From Nitrososphaeria archaeon (GTDB lineage Archaea > Thermoproteota > Nitrososphaeria > JACIWG01): a stretch of DNA of 64,000 bases. Below the pieces are notes generated by a model, which saw only the letters and a program-made list of their open reading frames with translations, was not told the DNA's origin and searched no databases. The translations under genes and the position numbers were made by a program. Within the stretch, counting starts at the first letter, position 1; each line of letters opens with the position of its first letter. The stretch spans positions 18,448 to 82,447 of the forward strand of contig CAVXDT010000003.1 in NCBI GenBank assembly GCA_963760525.1, in the 5' to 3' direction. Positions 1 to 10,079 of the stretch are shown here, in pieces.

Positions 1-1314
1 CTTAGAACTTTTAGCGCTATACTTGAAGGCAACCAAGTGGATGTTCTGGGAAAAGCACCTGAAGATATTGTGATAGAAAAGACGGATGAACTGAAATTCA
101 AAGATCTCGCGAAACGTCCTGACTGGATAAAAACGATCATAAGCTCTTTTTCTCCCTCAATATTTGGACATAATCTTCTGAAAGAAGCAATTTTGCTTCT
201 TATTGTTGGAGCTCCACAGACAGCTCTCCCTGATGGTACTACTATAAGGGGTGACATGAACATTCTCTTGATAGGTGATCCTGGTACAGCAAAGAGCGAG
301 CTCCTAAAATATTCTGCTAGGATTGCCCCGAGAGGCCTTTACACGTCTGGTAAAGGTTCAAGCGCTGCAGGTCTAACAGCAGCAGTGGTTCGAGAAAAGA
401 ACGGTATGTTGATGCTGGAAGCGGGTGCTGTTGTTCTAGCTGATCAAGGCATCTGTGCAATAGACGAGTTTGACAAGATGGGCAATACAGACAGACAAGC
501 CTTGCATGAGGCAATGGAACAACAGACTGTATCAGTGGCTAAAGGTGGTATTGTTGTAACATTAAACGCTAGAACTTCAATCTTGGCAGCTGCTAACCCA
601 CTTCTTGGGACTTATGATCCGTACAAAAATCTTTCTGACAATATAAATCTGCCGTCTCCACTTCTGACACGATTTGACTTGATCTTTATTATCAGAGATG
701 TTCCGGAGAGAGCTATTGATGAACAGATCGCATCCCATATCATGACATTGCATCGTTTGCGTTCTTTCGCTCAAAAGCCTCCTTTAGACATAGAATTCCT
801 AAAAAAATATCTACTCTATTGCAAGAACATTAACCCAACCCTAACAGAGGAAGCTGAGAAGATGATCATTAAATTTTACCTTGAAATGCGTTCTCAGACG
901 GAGGGCCAAGCTGTACCAGTTACTCCTAGACAGTTGGAAGCCCTGATAAGGCTTGCTACAGCACGTGCTAGGCTTCTTCTCAGAGATGAAGTTACCGCAG
1001 AAGACGCTGCAGAAGCTGCGACTTTGACGAAAGGCATGTTGTATACAGTAGCAGTTGATCAGAAGACTGGTAAGATCGACATGGGTGCCATAACAGGTGT
1101 TACTGCCACTGAAAGAAGCAAACTTGAGATTGTCTTTGACAAATACAAAGATCTAGCTGGACCGACCAATGAGCCTGTCGAACTCAACGGTATGATTAAA
1201 GCTATGGTTGACTCTGGAAAATTCAATGAAGTCGATGCTAGAATGTACTTCTCACAACTTGAACAGAAGGGTCTTTTTTACATGATTAAACCTGGATACT
1301 ACAGAAGGGTCTAA
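1..1314 (+). CDS. mcm: MCM replicative helicase, C-terminal AAA+ portion (5' end lies beyond the left edge)
   Basis: The frame is open from base 1. The translation carries Walker A GDPGTAKS, Walker B CAIDEFDKM and the arginine-finger region LLTRFDLIF, followed by a C-terminal winged-helix-like tail. Confidence 0.9.
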   Translation, partial: LRTFSAILEGNQVDVLGKAPEDIVIEKTDELKFKDLAKRPDWIKTIISSFSPSIFGHNLLKEAILLLIVGAPQTALPDGTTIRGDMNILLIGDPGTAKSELLKYSARIAPRGLYTSGKGSSAAGLTAAVVREKNGMLMLEAGAVVLADQGICAIDEFDKMGNTDRQALHEAMEQQTVSVAKGGIVVTLNARTSILAAANPLLGTYDPYKNLSDNINLPSPLLTRFDLIFIIRDVPERAIDEQIASHIMTLHRLRSFAQKPPLDIEFLKKYLLYCKNINPTLTEEAEKMIIKFYLEMRSQTEGQAVPVTPRQLEALIRLATARARLLLRDEVTAEDAAEAATLTKGMLYTVAVDQKTGKIDMGAITGVTATERSKLEIVFDKYKDLAGPTNEPVELNGMIKAMVDSGKFNEVDARMYFSQLEQKGLFYMIKPGYYRRV

Positions 1315-1316
1315 GC

Positions 1317-3482
1317 ATGAATGTTAATGAGCTGCAACTGCCTGATCAAGTCAAGGTGCATTTGAAAAGTCTGGGTTACAGTACTCTCTACCCTCCTCAG
1401 GAAGAGGCAGTCAACAGGGGTGTTCTAGAAGGAAAAAACGTTCTTTTAACGACTCCTACAGCTAGTGGAAAAACCTTCGTAGCGATGATATGTGCTGCAA
1501 AGGCGATTTTAGAAGGGAAAAGGGTAGTCTATTTGACGCCTCTTAGAGCTTTGGCAAGTGAGAAATATGAAGAATTTAAGGTGTTAGAGGGTCTTGTTAA
1601 ACCTGACGGAACAAACCCTTCGGTTTCAATATCAACTGGTGATTATGATAAGAGAAGCGATTATCTTAAGAATAAAGATCTTCTAATTCTGACTAATGAG
1701 AAATTTGATTCAATGCTGAGGATCGATCCGGACTGGATTGAAAGGATAGGTCTTGTAGTTTTTGATGAGATACATCTTCTGAATGATGGAGATAGGGGTC
1801 CAGTTGTCGAAATGTTAGTATCACGCTTTCTCTCTTCTTCATATAAGGCGCAAATCATAGCGTTGAGTGCAACTGTCTCAAATTACAAAGACGTAGCCTC
1901 ATGGCTTAAGGCTGAAGTCATTCACTCTACTTGGCGTCCTGTGAAACTACTTGAAGGGGCTTTCTCTTCAGGTCAGATAATATTCTATGACGGGAAAAAG
2001 ATCGAGACAATGCGAAGCCGATATGGTCCTGCGGTAGATAGTGCATATTCTATGCTTAAAGATGGCGGGCAGGTCCTTATCTTCGCGGAAAATAGGCGCA
2101 ACGCAATATCTTTAGCTGAGAAAGCAGCAAACGTATCATCGATTTTCTTGGCAAATGAAGATAGTATAAAGCTGAAGTCTGTTTATGATGAAATAGTAAC
2201 TTCTGATGAGATAACGGAAGTTGGAAGGAGGCTGGCGAACTGCGTTATCAAAGGCTCAGGATTTCATCATGCCGGACTTCCTCCACATCACAGACGTGTC
2301 GTGGAAAGAGCTTTTAGAGAAGGTTTGCTTAAGATTCTTTGCGCTACGCCAACTCTGGCTGCAGGCGTGAACCTGCCGGCAAGAACTGTCATTATCAACA
2401 GTTTATCAAGATATAACAGCGAATGGGGACAAAATGAAGATATTGGCGTTCTAGAGTACAAACAGTTTTGTGGTAGAGCTGGCAGGCCAAGATATGATAA
2501 AATAGGGTATGCAATAACAGTACTTCGCAATGATGATGTAGAGTCTTTTTTTGAGCGGTATGTAAAGGGTTCTCCGGAACCACTCAATTCCAAACTGATC
2601 GACAATGAGATCTTAAGAAATCATCTTCTAGCCATTGTAGTCAGCTTTCCAGGGATATCAGAGAAGGATTTATGTAGCTTTTTCTCACATTCATTCTTTG
2701 GTTATCAAAGGCGTCCACAGTTCGTTGCTTCAAAGATCAAAGTGAATCTTTCATACTTGAAGATCAATGATCTTGTAGAAGAGGAAGGAGGAAGATATAT
2801 CGCAACAGAATTTGGTAAGAGCATATCTTTCCTCTATATTGCCACTTCAACTGGGATACATTATAGATCTATGATTGACTACTATAAGAGGTTAGGGAAT
2901 ATTACATTTTCTGATGAAGACTTCGTCCTTTTAGCTATAGTTTTGTCAAATGATTTCGAACCGAAATTTCAAATAAGAAAAGTTGACTTAGAAACATACG
3001 GTGACACTTTGGGCAGTGAGATGCTATCTTTACTCGATTCTATCTCAGAAAAATCATTCACTTTCTCCCAATTTGACGAGGTTGGACGAAGTTTTCTAGC
3101 TCTTAAGAGCTGGATAAGTGAAAAGACGGAGAGTGAAATATATGATAAGTTTTCTATTGAACCTGGTGATCTCTACCGTCAAATAGAATCAGCGCAGTGG
3201 CTAACACATGCCTTCTCAAGAATATCAATTCTCTTAGGTGCCAGAAGTCTCTCTTCAGTAGCCTCTATTATGGAAGAACGTATAAAATATGGTGTCCCAG
3301 CAACACTATTGCAACTTACACAACTCGAGGGCATTGGCCGTGTTCGAGCCCGCCTACTCTACTCTAGAGGTTACAAGACATTAATTGAACTACGTAATGC
3401 GAAGGAATCTGATATTGCCCGAGTTCCAAAGCTTGGGCCGATTATAGCAAAAAGTATTAAGGAACAGGTTTCAAAGATGTAG
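1317..3482 (+). CDS. hel308: Ski2-like DNA helicase Hel308
   Basis: 721 aa with helicase motifs TPTASGKT (I), FDEIHLL (II) and SAT (III), plus FCGRAGRP (VI). A C-terminal HhH-like segment reads GIGRVRARLLYSRGY. The ATG lies 2 nt after the mcm stop. Confidence 0.88.
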   Translation: MNVNELQLPDQVKVHLKSLGYSTLYPPQEEAVNRGVLEGKNVLLTTPTASGKTFVAMICAAKAILEGKRVVYLTPLRALASEKYEEFKVLEGLVKPDGTNPSVSISTGDYDKRSDYLKNKDLLILTNEKFDSMLRIDPDWIERIGLVVFDEIHLLNDGDRGPVVEMLVSRFLSSSYKAQIIALSATVSNYKDVASWLKAEVIHSTWRPVKLLEGAFSSGQIIFYDGKKIETMRSRYGPAVDSAYSMLKDGGQVLIFAENRRNAISLAEKAANVSSIFLANEDSIKLKSVYDEIVTSDEITEVGRRLANCVIKGSGFHHAGLPPHHRRVVERAFREGLLKILCATPTLAAGVNLPARTVIINSLSRYNSEWGQNEDIGVLEYKQFCGRAGRPRYDKIGYAITVLRNDDVESFFERYVKGSPEPLNSKLIDNEILRNHLLAIVVSFPGISEKDLCSFFSHSFFGYQRRPQFVASKIKVNLSYLKINDLVEEEGGRYIATEFGKSISFLYIATSTGIHYRSMIDYYKRLGNITFSDEDFVLLAIVLSNDFEPKFQIRKVDLETYGDTLGSEMLSLLDSISEKSFTFSQFDEVGRSFLALKSWISEKTESEIYDKFSIEPGDLYRQIESAQWLTHAFSRISILLGARSLSSVASIMEERIKYGVPATLLQLTQLEGIGRVRARLLYSRGYKTLIELRNAKESDIARVPKLGPIIAKSIKEQVSKM

Positions 3483-3681
3483 CAGCATCCTCCATAACAT
3501 TTAAAATCGCATAGAATGTTAACAAAAAATTATATGCATTTAGATGCAACGCAGTCTCTTCTGAGAAGATCTTCAGAGAATGATTTAGGCTTAAATATAT
3601 GCTCAGAGCTGAAGATTTCTGCACATCCCAAAGGCTCAAAAGAAATAGTCAAGAAGACGTTGGGGAAGATCAGGAACGAAA

Positions 3682-5046
3682 TTGAATAACAATGGATTTT
3701 CTAGAGTGAACGGCTACAGTTTCTTCCACGGAGAAGAGGACGTTCAGAATATAGCGAAACGTGTAGCGAAATTACTTTACTACAGAAAAAGAAGCCAGAC
3801 GATATTTTATGATGGTTCATCTATGACAGATAACCTGAACAATAAAGAATCTTCTAGGAACGTTTTATGTTTTTTCCCCTTTTCTTCTACTTCATACTCC
3901 AATGTCATAGTTCATGGAAGAATATTTGACGAAGAGAAAAACTTCAAAGAACTGTCAAAGATATGCAAGAAGCCCATGGATGAGCCTTTAGAAAAGGAAA
4001 CCTTGATGGGCATCGATGGAGATTTTTCATTCGTTTCTTTTGAAGATGATCATCTTGTAGCAATTAGGTCTCCTGCATCTTCCAAACCTATGTTCCTGTC
4101 TGTGGGCGACGGGATTTTCGCCCTATCTAGTGATCCCTATCCGCTGAACGTGCTTGGTCTGAGATATGATCATATACCCGCAGGCTCAATCTTGCATACT
4201 GAATTCAGCAATAAAGTCAGAACTTCAGTCAGGAGATACTTCCAATTTTCGCCTTCCGATAGGAGGCCAGAAGATATAGAAAAGGCTGTTCAGAATGTGC
4301 ACTCATCACTACAATACTCTGTTGAGAAAAACCTTGAGGGTGAGAACAGAGTTGGCGTTGCCTTTTCTGGTGGTCTTGATTCGGCCATCTTAGCCAAACT
4401 CATTAAGGAGACTGGGGCCAAAACCAGCCTTCTCACAGTTTATGTGGAGCATTCACATGATTCCTCTTATGCCAAAGAAGTAGCTGACCTACTTAGCCTA
4501 GAGCATATTGCAATAGAAGTGGATGAATCAGTAAAAGGAAGACTTACCAAGTTTAAAGAACTTCTAGGTACAGAGAATCTAATGGACTTGTCAATTGCTC
4601 TAATATTGAATTTGGTGGCTGAAAAAGCATCGTCTTGTGGCATAGAGGATGTTGTGGTGGGACAAGGTGCTGATGAGCTTTTTGGGGGTTACCAAAGGTA
4701 TTTGAACATGCTCACAGGTTGTGGCAGAATGTCGGTTGAACAGGTTTTAAAAGAGGACTTCGATGCGTTTATGTCATATGGCGTGTCCCGCGATGAAACT
4801 TCTATTGCAATGTTCGCAAACCCTTTGATGCCATTCATCAACAAGAAGGTTGCTGAATCCGCTTTTTCTCTTCCAACAGAATACAAGATAGACTTGGATA
4901 GCGGTACTCGGAAGGTGGTCTTAAGACAGCTGGCAAAAAGATTAGGTCTGTCAGAAAAGGTATATTCACATTCTAAAAAAGCCATGCAATACAGCAGCGG
5001 GGTTCAAAGGCTTTTATCTAAAATCACTAAAAAAGGGATTACTTAA
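3682..5046 (+). CDS. Asparagine synthase-like PP-loop amidotransferase family protein with no N-terminal catalytic Cys
   Basis: Contains the PP-loop AFSGGLDSA and the AsnB-type motif GQGADELFGGYQRY. The N-terminal half resembles the Ntn glutaminase fold (GDFSFVSF...RSPASSKPMF), but the ORF opens with TTG/GTG and has no Cys at position 2. Confidence 0.6.
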   Translation: MNNNGFSRVNGYSFFHGEEDVQNIAKRVAKLLYYRKRSQTIFYDGSSMTDNLNNKESSRNVLCFFPFSSTSYSNVIVHGRIFDEEKNFKELSKICKKPMDEPLEKETLMGIDGDFSFVSFEDDHLVAIRSPASSKPMFLSVGDGIFALSSDPYPLNVLGLRYDHIPAGSILHTEFSNKVRTSVRRYFQFSPSDRRPEDIEKAVQNVHSSLQYSVEKNLEGENRVGVAFSGGLDSAILAKLIKETGAKTSLLTVYVEHSHDSSYAKEVADLLSLEHIAIEVDESVKGRLTKFKELLGTENLMDLSIALILNLVAEKASSCGIEDVVVGQGADELFGGYQRYLNMLTGCGRMSVEQVLKEDFDAFMSYGVSRDETSIAMFANPLMPFINKKVAESAFSLPTEYKIDLDSGTRKVVLRQLAKRLGLSEKVYSHSKKAMQYSSGVQRLLSKITKKGIT

Positions 5047-5216
5047 TCCCAACATTCTGTAAACAAGATTTACTAATCTAATACAGATCATATTATCTTA
5101 TATTTGCACCGACTTGCTTAACTGTAAATGTCAAATTATCTATTTGATCTTATTGTTGTTATTAATTTTTGAATTGTGGGAATTCTTATTAACGTTAAAG
5201 TGGTTATGGTCGGGAG

Positions 5217-5903
5217 ATGGAAGGAAAGAGTGTCTCTTCTGGGAAATTGAGTGTCCAGGTAATTTCCTCTTCTGCTATTTTTGGAGCTCTTTCTGCAATG
5301 TTGGCCTTTATGCCTGGTCTCAATTTTCCGATTTTACCCTATCTTAGATTTGAAATTGCAGAATTGCCAGTTATGATTGCTTTATTCATATACGGTCCAG
5401 TTCAAGCTATAGTTTCCTCATTCTCATATTGGATAATACTTAACTTCGTTGGTGAATTCACCCCCATTGGCCCCTTTATGAAATTCTTGTCAGTGATAAG
5501 TATGATTATTGGGGCTTGGATTGGAGTCGAAGGGATAAGAAAAGTCTATTCTAATGTATCTGCTAGACTCGGTCTAAGTTTTGTTCTATCTCTTGCAGCA
5601 TTGATCCGCATTCTGACCATGTCAGTATTCAACTATATCCTCCTCTCTTTCTTGATGCCAGAATTCTTTGGTTTTGCAGTTGGTAGCATTGGCTCTTCCA
5701 TCGGATTGCAGTTTAAGAGTGACATTGATGCAATGATAATTATTATTATCTTCACCGCAATTTTTAACCTGCTGCATACATTCTTATCTGCTTTACCTTC
5801 TTATGCTGTCGTAAGAACTATATTTACTGGAAGAAGTTTATTCAAAATAAAAGAGCCATGGATATTTTCAATAGACAGCTTACATAAGAATAAAAGGAAT
5901 TAA
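5217..5903 (+). CDS. Polytopic membrane protein, ECF-transporter S-component-like
   Basis: About six hydrophobic segments. The motif YLRFEIAELPVMIALFIYGPVQAI resembles the conserved loop/TM of ECF substrate-binding S components. No adjacent ECF ATPase or T genes. Confidence 0.45.
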   Translation: MEGKSVSSGKLSVQVISSSAIFGALSAMLAFMPGLNFPILPYLRFEIAELPVMIALFIYGPVQAIVSSFSYWIILNFVGEFTPIGPFMKFLSVISMIIGAWIGVEGIRKVYSNVSARLGLSFVLSLAALIRILTMSVFNYILLSFLMPEFFGFAVGSIGSSIGLQFKSDIDAMIIIIIFTAIFNLLHTFLSALPSYAVVRTIFTGRSLFKIKEPWIFSIDSLHKNKRN

Positions 5904-6013
5904 TTCAAACAAGAAAGCTCATGAAGTTTCACGGATTCGGTTTACTTCTCTACAACATTTCTATGCTTCCTGTTGCCTTTTTGAACAGAGAAGGTAACAG
6001 CGTGGGGGTAATC

Positions 6014-6619
6014 CTAATGCTCATTGACGCAGTAACGATTCACTGTGATTGCCCAAACTGTCATGAACACGATATTGTAAGTTTCTAAAAGAGCAATTGA
6101 AGGCCATTTGAAAGCAGTTGAACCTCCGAGTCCTATGGCGAAATACAGTATGTTTAGCAGGCCATATTTTCTAGAGCCTTCTAATAACATTGCGATTCCA
6201 AATATTAGAATTGACACAGCCATTAGAAGAAAGAACTCATATGACACAAAACCATGTGGTCCTGTTCCCTCAGGAAAGATCGCAATTAGCAACAGATGGC
6301 TTGAAGCAATAAAGAATACACCTGAACCGAAAGTAGCTAGCTTATTTCCGATAGATAGTGCTAAATATATGGCATAGGCCATGGCCAGAATCCCAGATAG
6401 TGCAAGACCTGAATTGAATACATAGCTATTTGCAACATTCAACGCACCTAGATCGCTCAGAGCTCCCTCCATGAAGTTGAACCAAGGATTAATCAAAATT
6501 GCTGCAATTATTGTTATCCAGCCAATCATCATAGAAATAATACCAAGATAAGGGAGATACCTCATTGTCCGTAATATATCCTGGTTTATGTTATTAAATC
6601 TTGCAATGATAAAGATCAT
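6014..6619 (-). CDS. Integral membrane protein (DUF998-like)
   Basis: 201 aa with six predicted TM helices, an ATG start and a GALSDLG motif. The family assignment is from memory only. Confidence 0.4.
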   Translation of the reverse strand: MIFIIARFNNINQDILRTMRYLPYLGIISMMIGWITIIAAILINPWFNFMEGALSDLGALNVANSYVFNSGLALSGILAMAYAIYLALSIGNKLATFGSGVFFIASSHLLLIAIFPEGTGPHGFVSYEFFLLMAVSILIFGIAMLLEGSRKYGLLNILYFAIGLGGSTAFKWPSIALLETYNIVFMTVWAITVNRYCVNEH

Positions 6620-6696
6620 TAAATGAATTTAATCTCGCCTTTCTAAACAGATTAGATTAGTGTAAGAGTAAAGTTCTTTGGAAAAGCTTAAGTTGA

Positions 6697-7695
6697 ATGC
6701 TTTATAAGTTTATGAAAATGAGCAAAAAAGGGTTACTGTACCTGTCGTTTAAAGATGTCGTAGATGTTGGTTTAAGCATAGAAGAAATGGTAAACTCCAT
6801 CGAAGAGGCCTTAAGGGAAAAGTACTTCAAGAGAGTTGAAATGCCTCCTAAACCTGGAATCCACACAAGGAAAGAAGCATTTATTCATGCCATGCCCGCT
6901 TACGTTCCAAAGAAAGAAGCAGCTGGAATGAAATGGATTTCTGGCTATTTAGATAACGTAGCTAAAGGTCTTCCATATATAACAGGTTTGATTGTATTGA
7001 ACGATCCTGAAACAGGCATTCATATTTGTGTTATGGACGCAACTTGGATAACTGCCAAGAGAACTGGCGTAGTAACTGCAATATCAGCGAAATACCTTGC
7101 CAGAAGAGACTCTAAGGTTATAGGCATCGTAGGCTGTGGTGTTCAAGGAAGAAGTAATCTGGAGGCTCTGAGCTTTGTATTGAATAATATCCGAGAAGTC
7201 AGGGCATTTGACGTTATAGATTCTAAGCTGGAAGATTACCTACGTTACGTCAAAAACAATTACAGGTATGACGTAATTGGAACCAGCAAATCGAAAGAGG
7301 CTATAGAGAATTCTGATGTAATAGTGACAGCTACTCCTATAATGAAAGGACAGACTCCTATTGCTAGATATGATTGGGTCAAGGACGGCTCTCTGATCTG
7401 CCCTATTGAATTCGGTAGCTATTGGGATACAGATACTTTCTTCAAAGTGGACAAGCTATGTACGGATGATATTGAACAGCTAATATACTATAAAGAAAAA
7501 GGGTACTTCCAAAAGATTGGGCCAATATACTCTGAATTGAGTGAACTAGTCGCAGGGGTCAAGAAAGGCAGAGAAAGCAATGATGAAAGGATAACTGCTG
7601 TTAACCTGGGTCTAGCTTTGGTAGACGTGGTGGTTGCTAAGGCAGTTTACGAGAAAGCATTGAAAAAGGGAATCGGAGTAACATTAGACTATTGA
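6697..7695 (+). CDS. Ornithine cyclodeaminase/mu-crystallin family NAD-dependent enzyme (archaeal alanine dehydrogenase-like), paralog 1
   Basis: Rossmann motif IGIVGCGVQG and family-typical segments MPAY...KWISGY and TAKRTG. Alternative ATG starts at 6712 and 6718. Confidence 0.75.
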   Translation: MLYKFMKMSKKGLLYLSFKDVVDVGLSIEEMVNSIEEALREKYFKRVEMPPKPGIHTRKEAFIHAMPAYVPKKEAAGMKWISGYLDNVAKGLPYITGLIVLNDPETGIHICVMDATWITAKRTGVVTAISAKYLARRDSKVIGIVGCGVQGRSNLEALSFVLNNIREVRAFDVIDSKLEDYLRYVKNNYRYDVIGTSKSKEAIENSDVIVTATPIMKGQTPIARYDWVKDGSLICPIEFGSYWDTDTFFKVDKLCTDDIEQLIYYKEKGYFQKIGPIYSELSELVAGVKKGRESNDERITAVNLGLALVDVVVAKAVYEKALKKGIGVTLDY

Positions 7696-7874
7696 TCTTC
7701 CTTCTAAGGCCTTATGTAGGTATTCAGAATCTGACTAATACCAATTCCTCCACTTAAGTTCAGATGTGCATTTTAACTGTGTTACTAGGTTGACTCATTG
7801 CTCGTTTTGAAAGTCATAAATTAGGATATTTTTCGGAAGACTTAAATGACATGATATAACAGTGTTATATAGGG

Positions 7875-8360
7875 GTGTTCAACATGTATGACAAAGAACT
7901 CAAGGAAGCAAAAGGATTTGACGATGTGTTCAAGCTTGTCAAAAGGGCTGCGGAAGAGAAACTAGGTCTTCATAGAGCTGGTCTTACTTTAATCTTAGCT
8001 GATCTGCCTGTACAAATTTTAGCTCAGCATCAGATGGGCTCAAATGCCATACTAATGAACAGAAATGTCTTAGATATTGTGAGTAAAGAAGCTGAAGACA
8101 AGGTTGACTTAAACTCGTACCTCTTCGTGGTTCTTCTACATGAGTATCTCCACAGTTTAGGCATGGTAAGCGAAGAAGGAGTAAGAAAGTCTGTGATGGA
8201 GGTTGTGGAATATGCTTTTGGAGGGGATCATCCTGCTAGAAAAATATCGATGAATCCAGTCGGTGGATTAGATTTGAGGATGAACTTTATTGAACCTACA
8301 AGGAGTGAGCCTCTGTTGATCAGGGACTTCGATAAGGACAGCATGCCATTTATTGGCTGA
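7875..8360 (+). CDS. Hypothetical protein with an HExxH motif (putative small zinc metallopeptidase)
   Basis: LLHEYLHSLG motif. The track start is GTG. The ATG at 7884 is preceded by TAGGGGTG at good Shine-Dalgarno spacing. Lies directly upstream of the radical SAM gene on the same strand. Confidence 0.4.
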   Translation: MFNMYDKELKEAKGFDDVFKLVKRAAEEKLGLHRAGLTLILADLPVQILAQHQMGSNAILMNRNVLDIVSKEAEDKVDLNSYLFVVLLHEYLHSLGMVSEEGVRKSVMEVVEYAFGGDHPARKISMNPVGGLDLRMNFIEPTRSEPLLIRDFDKDSMPFIG

Positions 8361-8528
8361 GCATAGGATTCATTTCAGCGTTGTTAAAGTGGAGAATCTG
8401 ATGTGAGCTGATCTATTTATAAAAAACACGTTTCATCATCAAACATTATACGGTGAACGCATCATCTTCTATTCTCTTTCAACAAGACTTATATAGATTC
8501 CACAAGCTCTCCATTTTTTCAGAGGGTA

Positions 8529-9869
8529 TTGTCTCAGAAGCTCATTCTAAGTCCAGACATAATACTAAGAGCTGAGCCTCAATACTACGGAACCTATGCG
8601 GTCTTTAGCTGCAAGAGGGTTACGACTGAATTCTTGACTTCTGAGGAGTACAAGGCTTTAGAAAGCATTTGCCAAGCGCCTGATGAATTAGCGAGCATTT
8701 CCAGCAAGTCAGGGATGACATATAGAGAATGTGAGAAGTTCATGAAGAAAATGATGCGGTTAGGATATGTTCAATTTGGATTAGATTACTTGAGGGACAA
8801 ACCAGTGGAGAAACTTGAGGTCAACCGTGAACTCTATACCGTCTTCCCCATTCCTTTCCTCTCTGCCCCTATATCAGTCGATATATTCATAACTAATCAA
8901 TGCAACCTGAAATGTGTTCATTGCTTTTCAAGCAGGGATGAGCAAAAGGTCAGCCAATTGTCGTTGAAAGAGCTTCAATCGATTTTTGATCAGTTAGAGA
9001 TGATGGGTGTATTTGAAGTTCGGATTACAGGAGGCGAACCCTTACAGCATCCTGATATACATGAGATACTTCGAACGCTTAAGGGTAGGAGGTTCCGTAA
9101 GGTTATTCTGACAAACGGAACAATGCTGAACGAGAAGACCGTTGGCATTTTCAAGGAATCGGAAATCATACCTACGGTTTCACTTGATGATTCACGAGCA
9201 AACGAACATGATCTCTTCAGAGGTTCTGAAGGCTCGTTTGAACGAACCATGAAGGCTCTTGAGCTGTTACGAGAATCTCGAATTCAATATGGAATAAACT
9301 GTTGTTTACACAAAAGAAGCATAAGAAGATGTGATGAAATTATTGAATTTGGCATAAGAAATGGAGCTTACCGGATAGCTTTCTTAGACCTTAAACCCGT
9401 AGGCAGAATGAAGAATAATATAGATTGGGTTCCCTCTCGCAAGGAATATGAAGAATCTTTGGTCAATTTGACCTTAATGAGATTCAAATACAGAGGAAAA
9501 ATAGATGTGTCCTTAGATGCGTTACTTGAATGCCATCCCCTACGAGAGTCAATTGCAGAAGCTAAACGAGGATACATTTCCTGCCATGCTGGAAAAACCA
9601 GATTGACTATTGATAGTAGCGGTTCAATATATCCATGCAACGTAGTCATATCTGATCCTAAATGGAATATGGGCAACACAAGACATGAAGAAATCCAATC
9701 TATTTGGTTTTCGCCAAAGTGGCTTTTCTTTAGAGGAGGAGTGAAGATAAATGATTTAAAGGATTGTCGTAAATGCAAAAAACTTCGCACTTGTAGTTAC
9801 TTCTATTGCAGACTTCTTCCCTATGTTGAAAATGATGACGAATTAAGCTCAAGCTCAAAGTGTAAATAA
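8529..9869 (+). CDS. Radical SAM / SPASM-domain peptide-modifying enzyme with an N-terminal RRE/PqqD-like domain
   Basis: CxxxCxxC cluster motif (CNLKCVHC). C-terminal auxiliary-cluster cysteines follow (CHAGKTRLTIDSSGSIYPC, CRKCKKLRTCSYFYC). An N-terminal extension of about 100 aa has a winged-helix-like sequence (SEEYKALESI...MTYRECEKFMKKMMRLGYV). TTG start preceded by AGAGGG. Confidence 0.75.
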   Translation: MSQKLILSPDIILRAEPQYYGTYAVFSCKRVTTEFLTSEEYKALESICQAPDELASISSKSGMTYRECEKFMKKMMRLGYVQFGLDYLRDKPVEKLEVNRELYTVFPIPFLSAPISVDIFITNQCNLKCVHCFSSRDEQKVSQLSLKELQSIFDQLEMMGVFEVRITGGEPLQHPDIHEILRTLKGRRFRKVILTNGTMLNEKTVGIFKESEIIPTVSLDDSRANEHDLFRGSEGSFERTMKALELLRESRIQYGINCCLHKRSIRRCDEIIEFGIRNGAYRIAFLDLKPVGRMKNNIDWVPSRKEYEESLVNLTLMRFKYRGKIDVSLDALLECHPLRESIAEAKRGYISCHAGKTRLTIDSSGSIYPCNVVISDPKWNMGNTRHEEIQSIWFSPKWLFFRGGVKINDLKDCRKCKKLRTCSYFYCRLLPYVENDDELSSSSKCK

Positions 9870-10025
9870 AGAAATCCAATCATTCTGACAAAGGTCTAAT
9901 TGTATTTGCACTGACATTGTAGTATTTTTTAATGTTGGTCTATTTAAGCCATAAGCTTACGGTGTTCATAAGTCTTCATTTTTTGTTCAGAATGTTCGAA
10001 TGCGACAGCCTAAAAATAGAGGGGT

Positions 10026-10079
10026 ATGATTATGGTCGCATGTAACACGGTCAAATGCCCCGGTCAAATCTTATGGTAA
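10026..10079 (+). CDS. Candidate 17-aa Cys-containing peptide (MIMVACNTVKCPGQILW), a possible precursor for the upstream radical SAM enzyme
   Basis: Small ORF 157 nt downstream of the rSAM stop on the same strand. Its start context AGAGGGGTATG is nearly identical to the rSAM start context AGAGGGTATTG. It has two Cys. No homology support. Confidence 0.15.
   Translation: MIMVACNTVKCPGQILW

Noticed and set aside
5114-5347. 77-aa ORF overlapping the start of the ECF-S-like membrane protein
   Set aside because: It is in a different frame, has Leu/Phe-rich low-complexity sequence in an AT-rich leader, and is inconsistent with the downstream gene.
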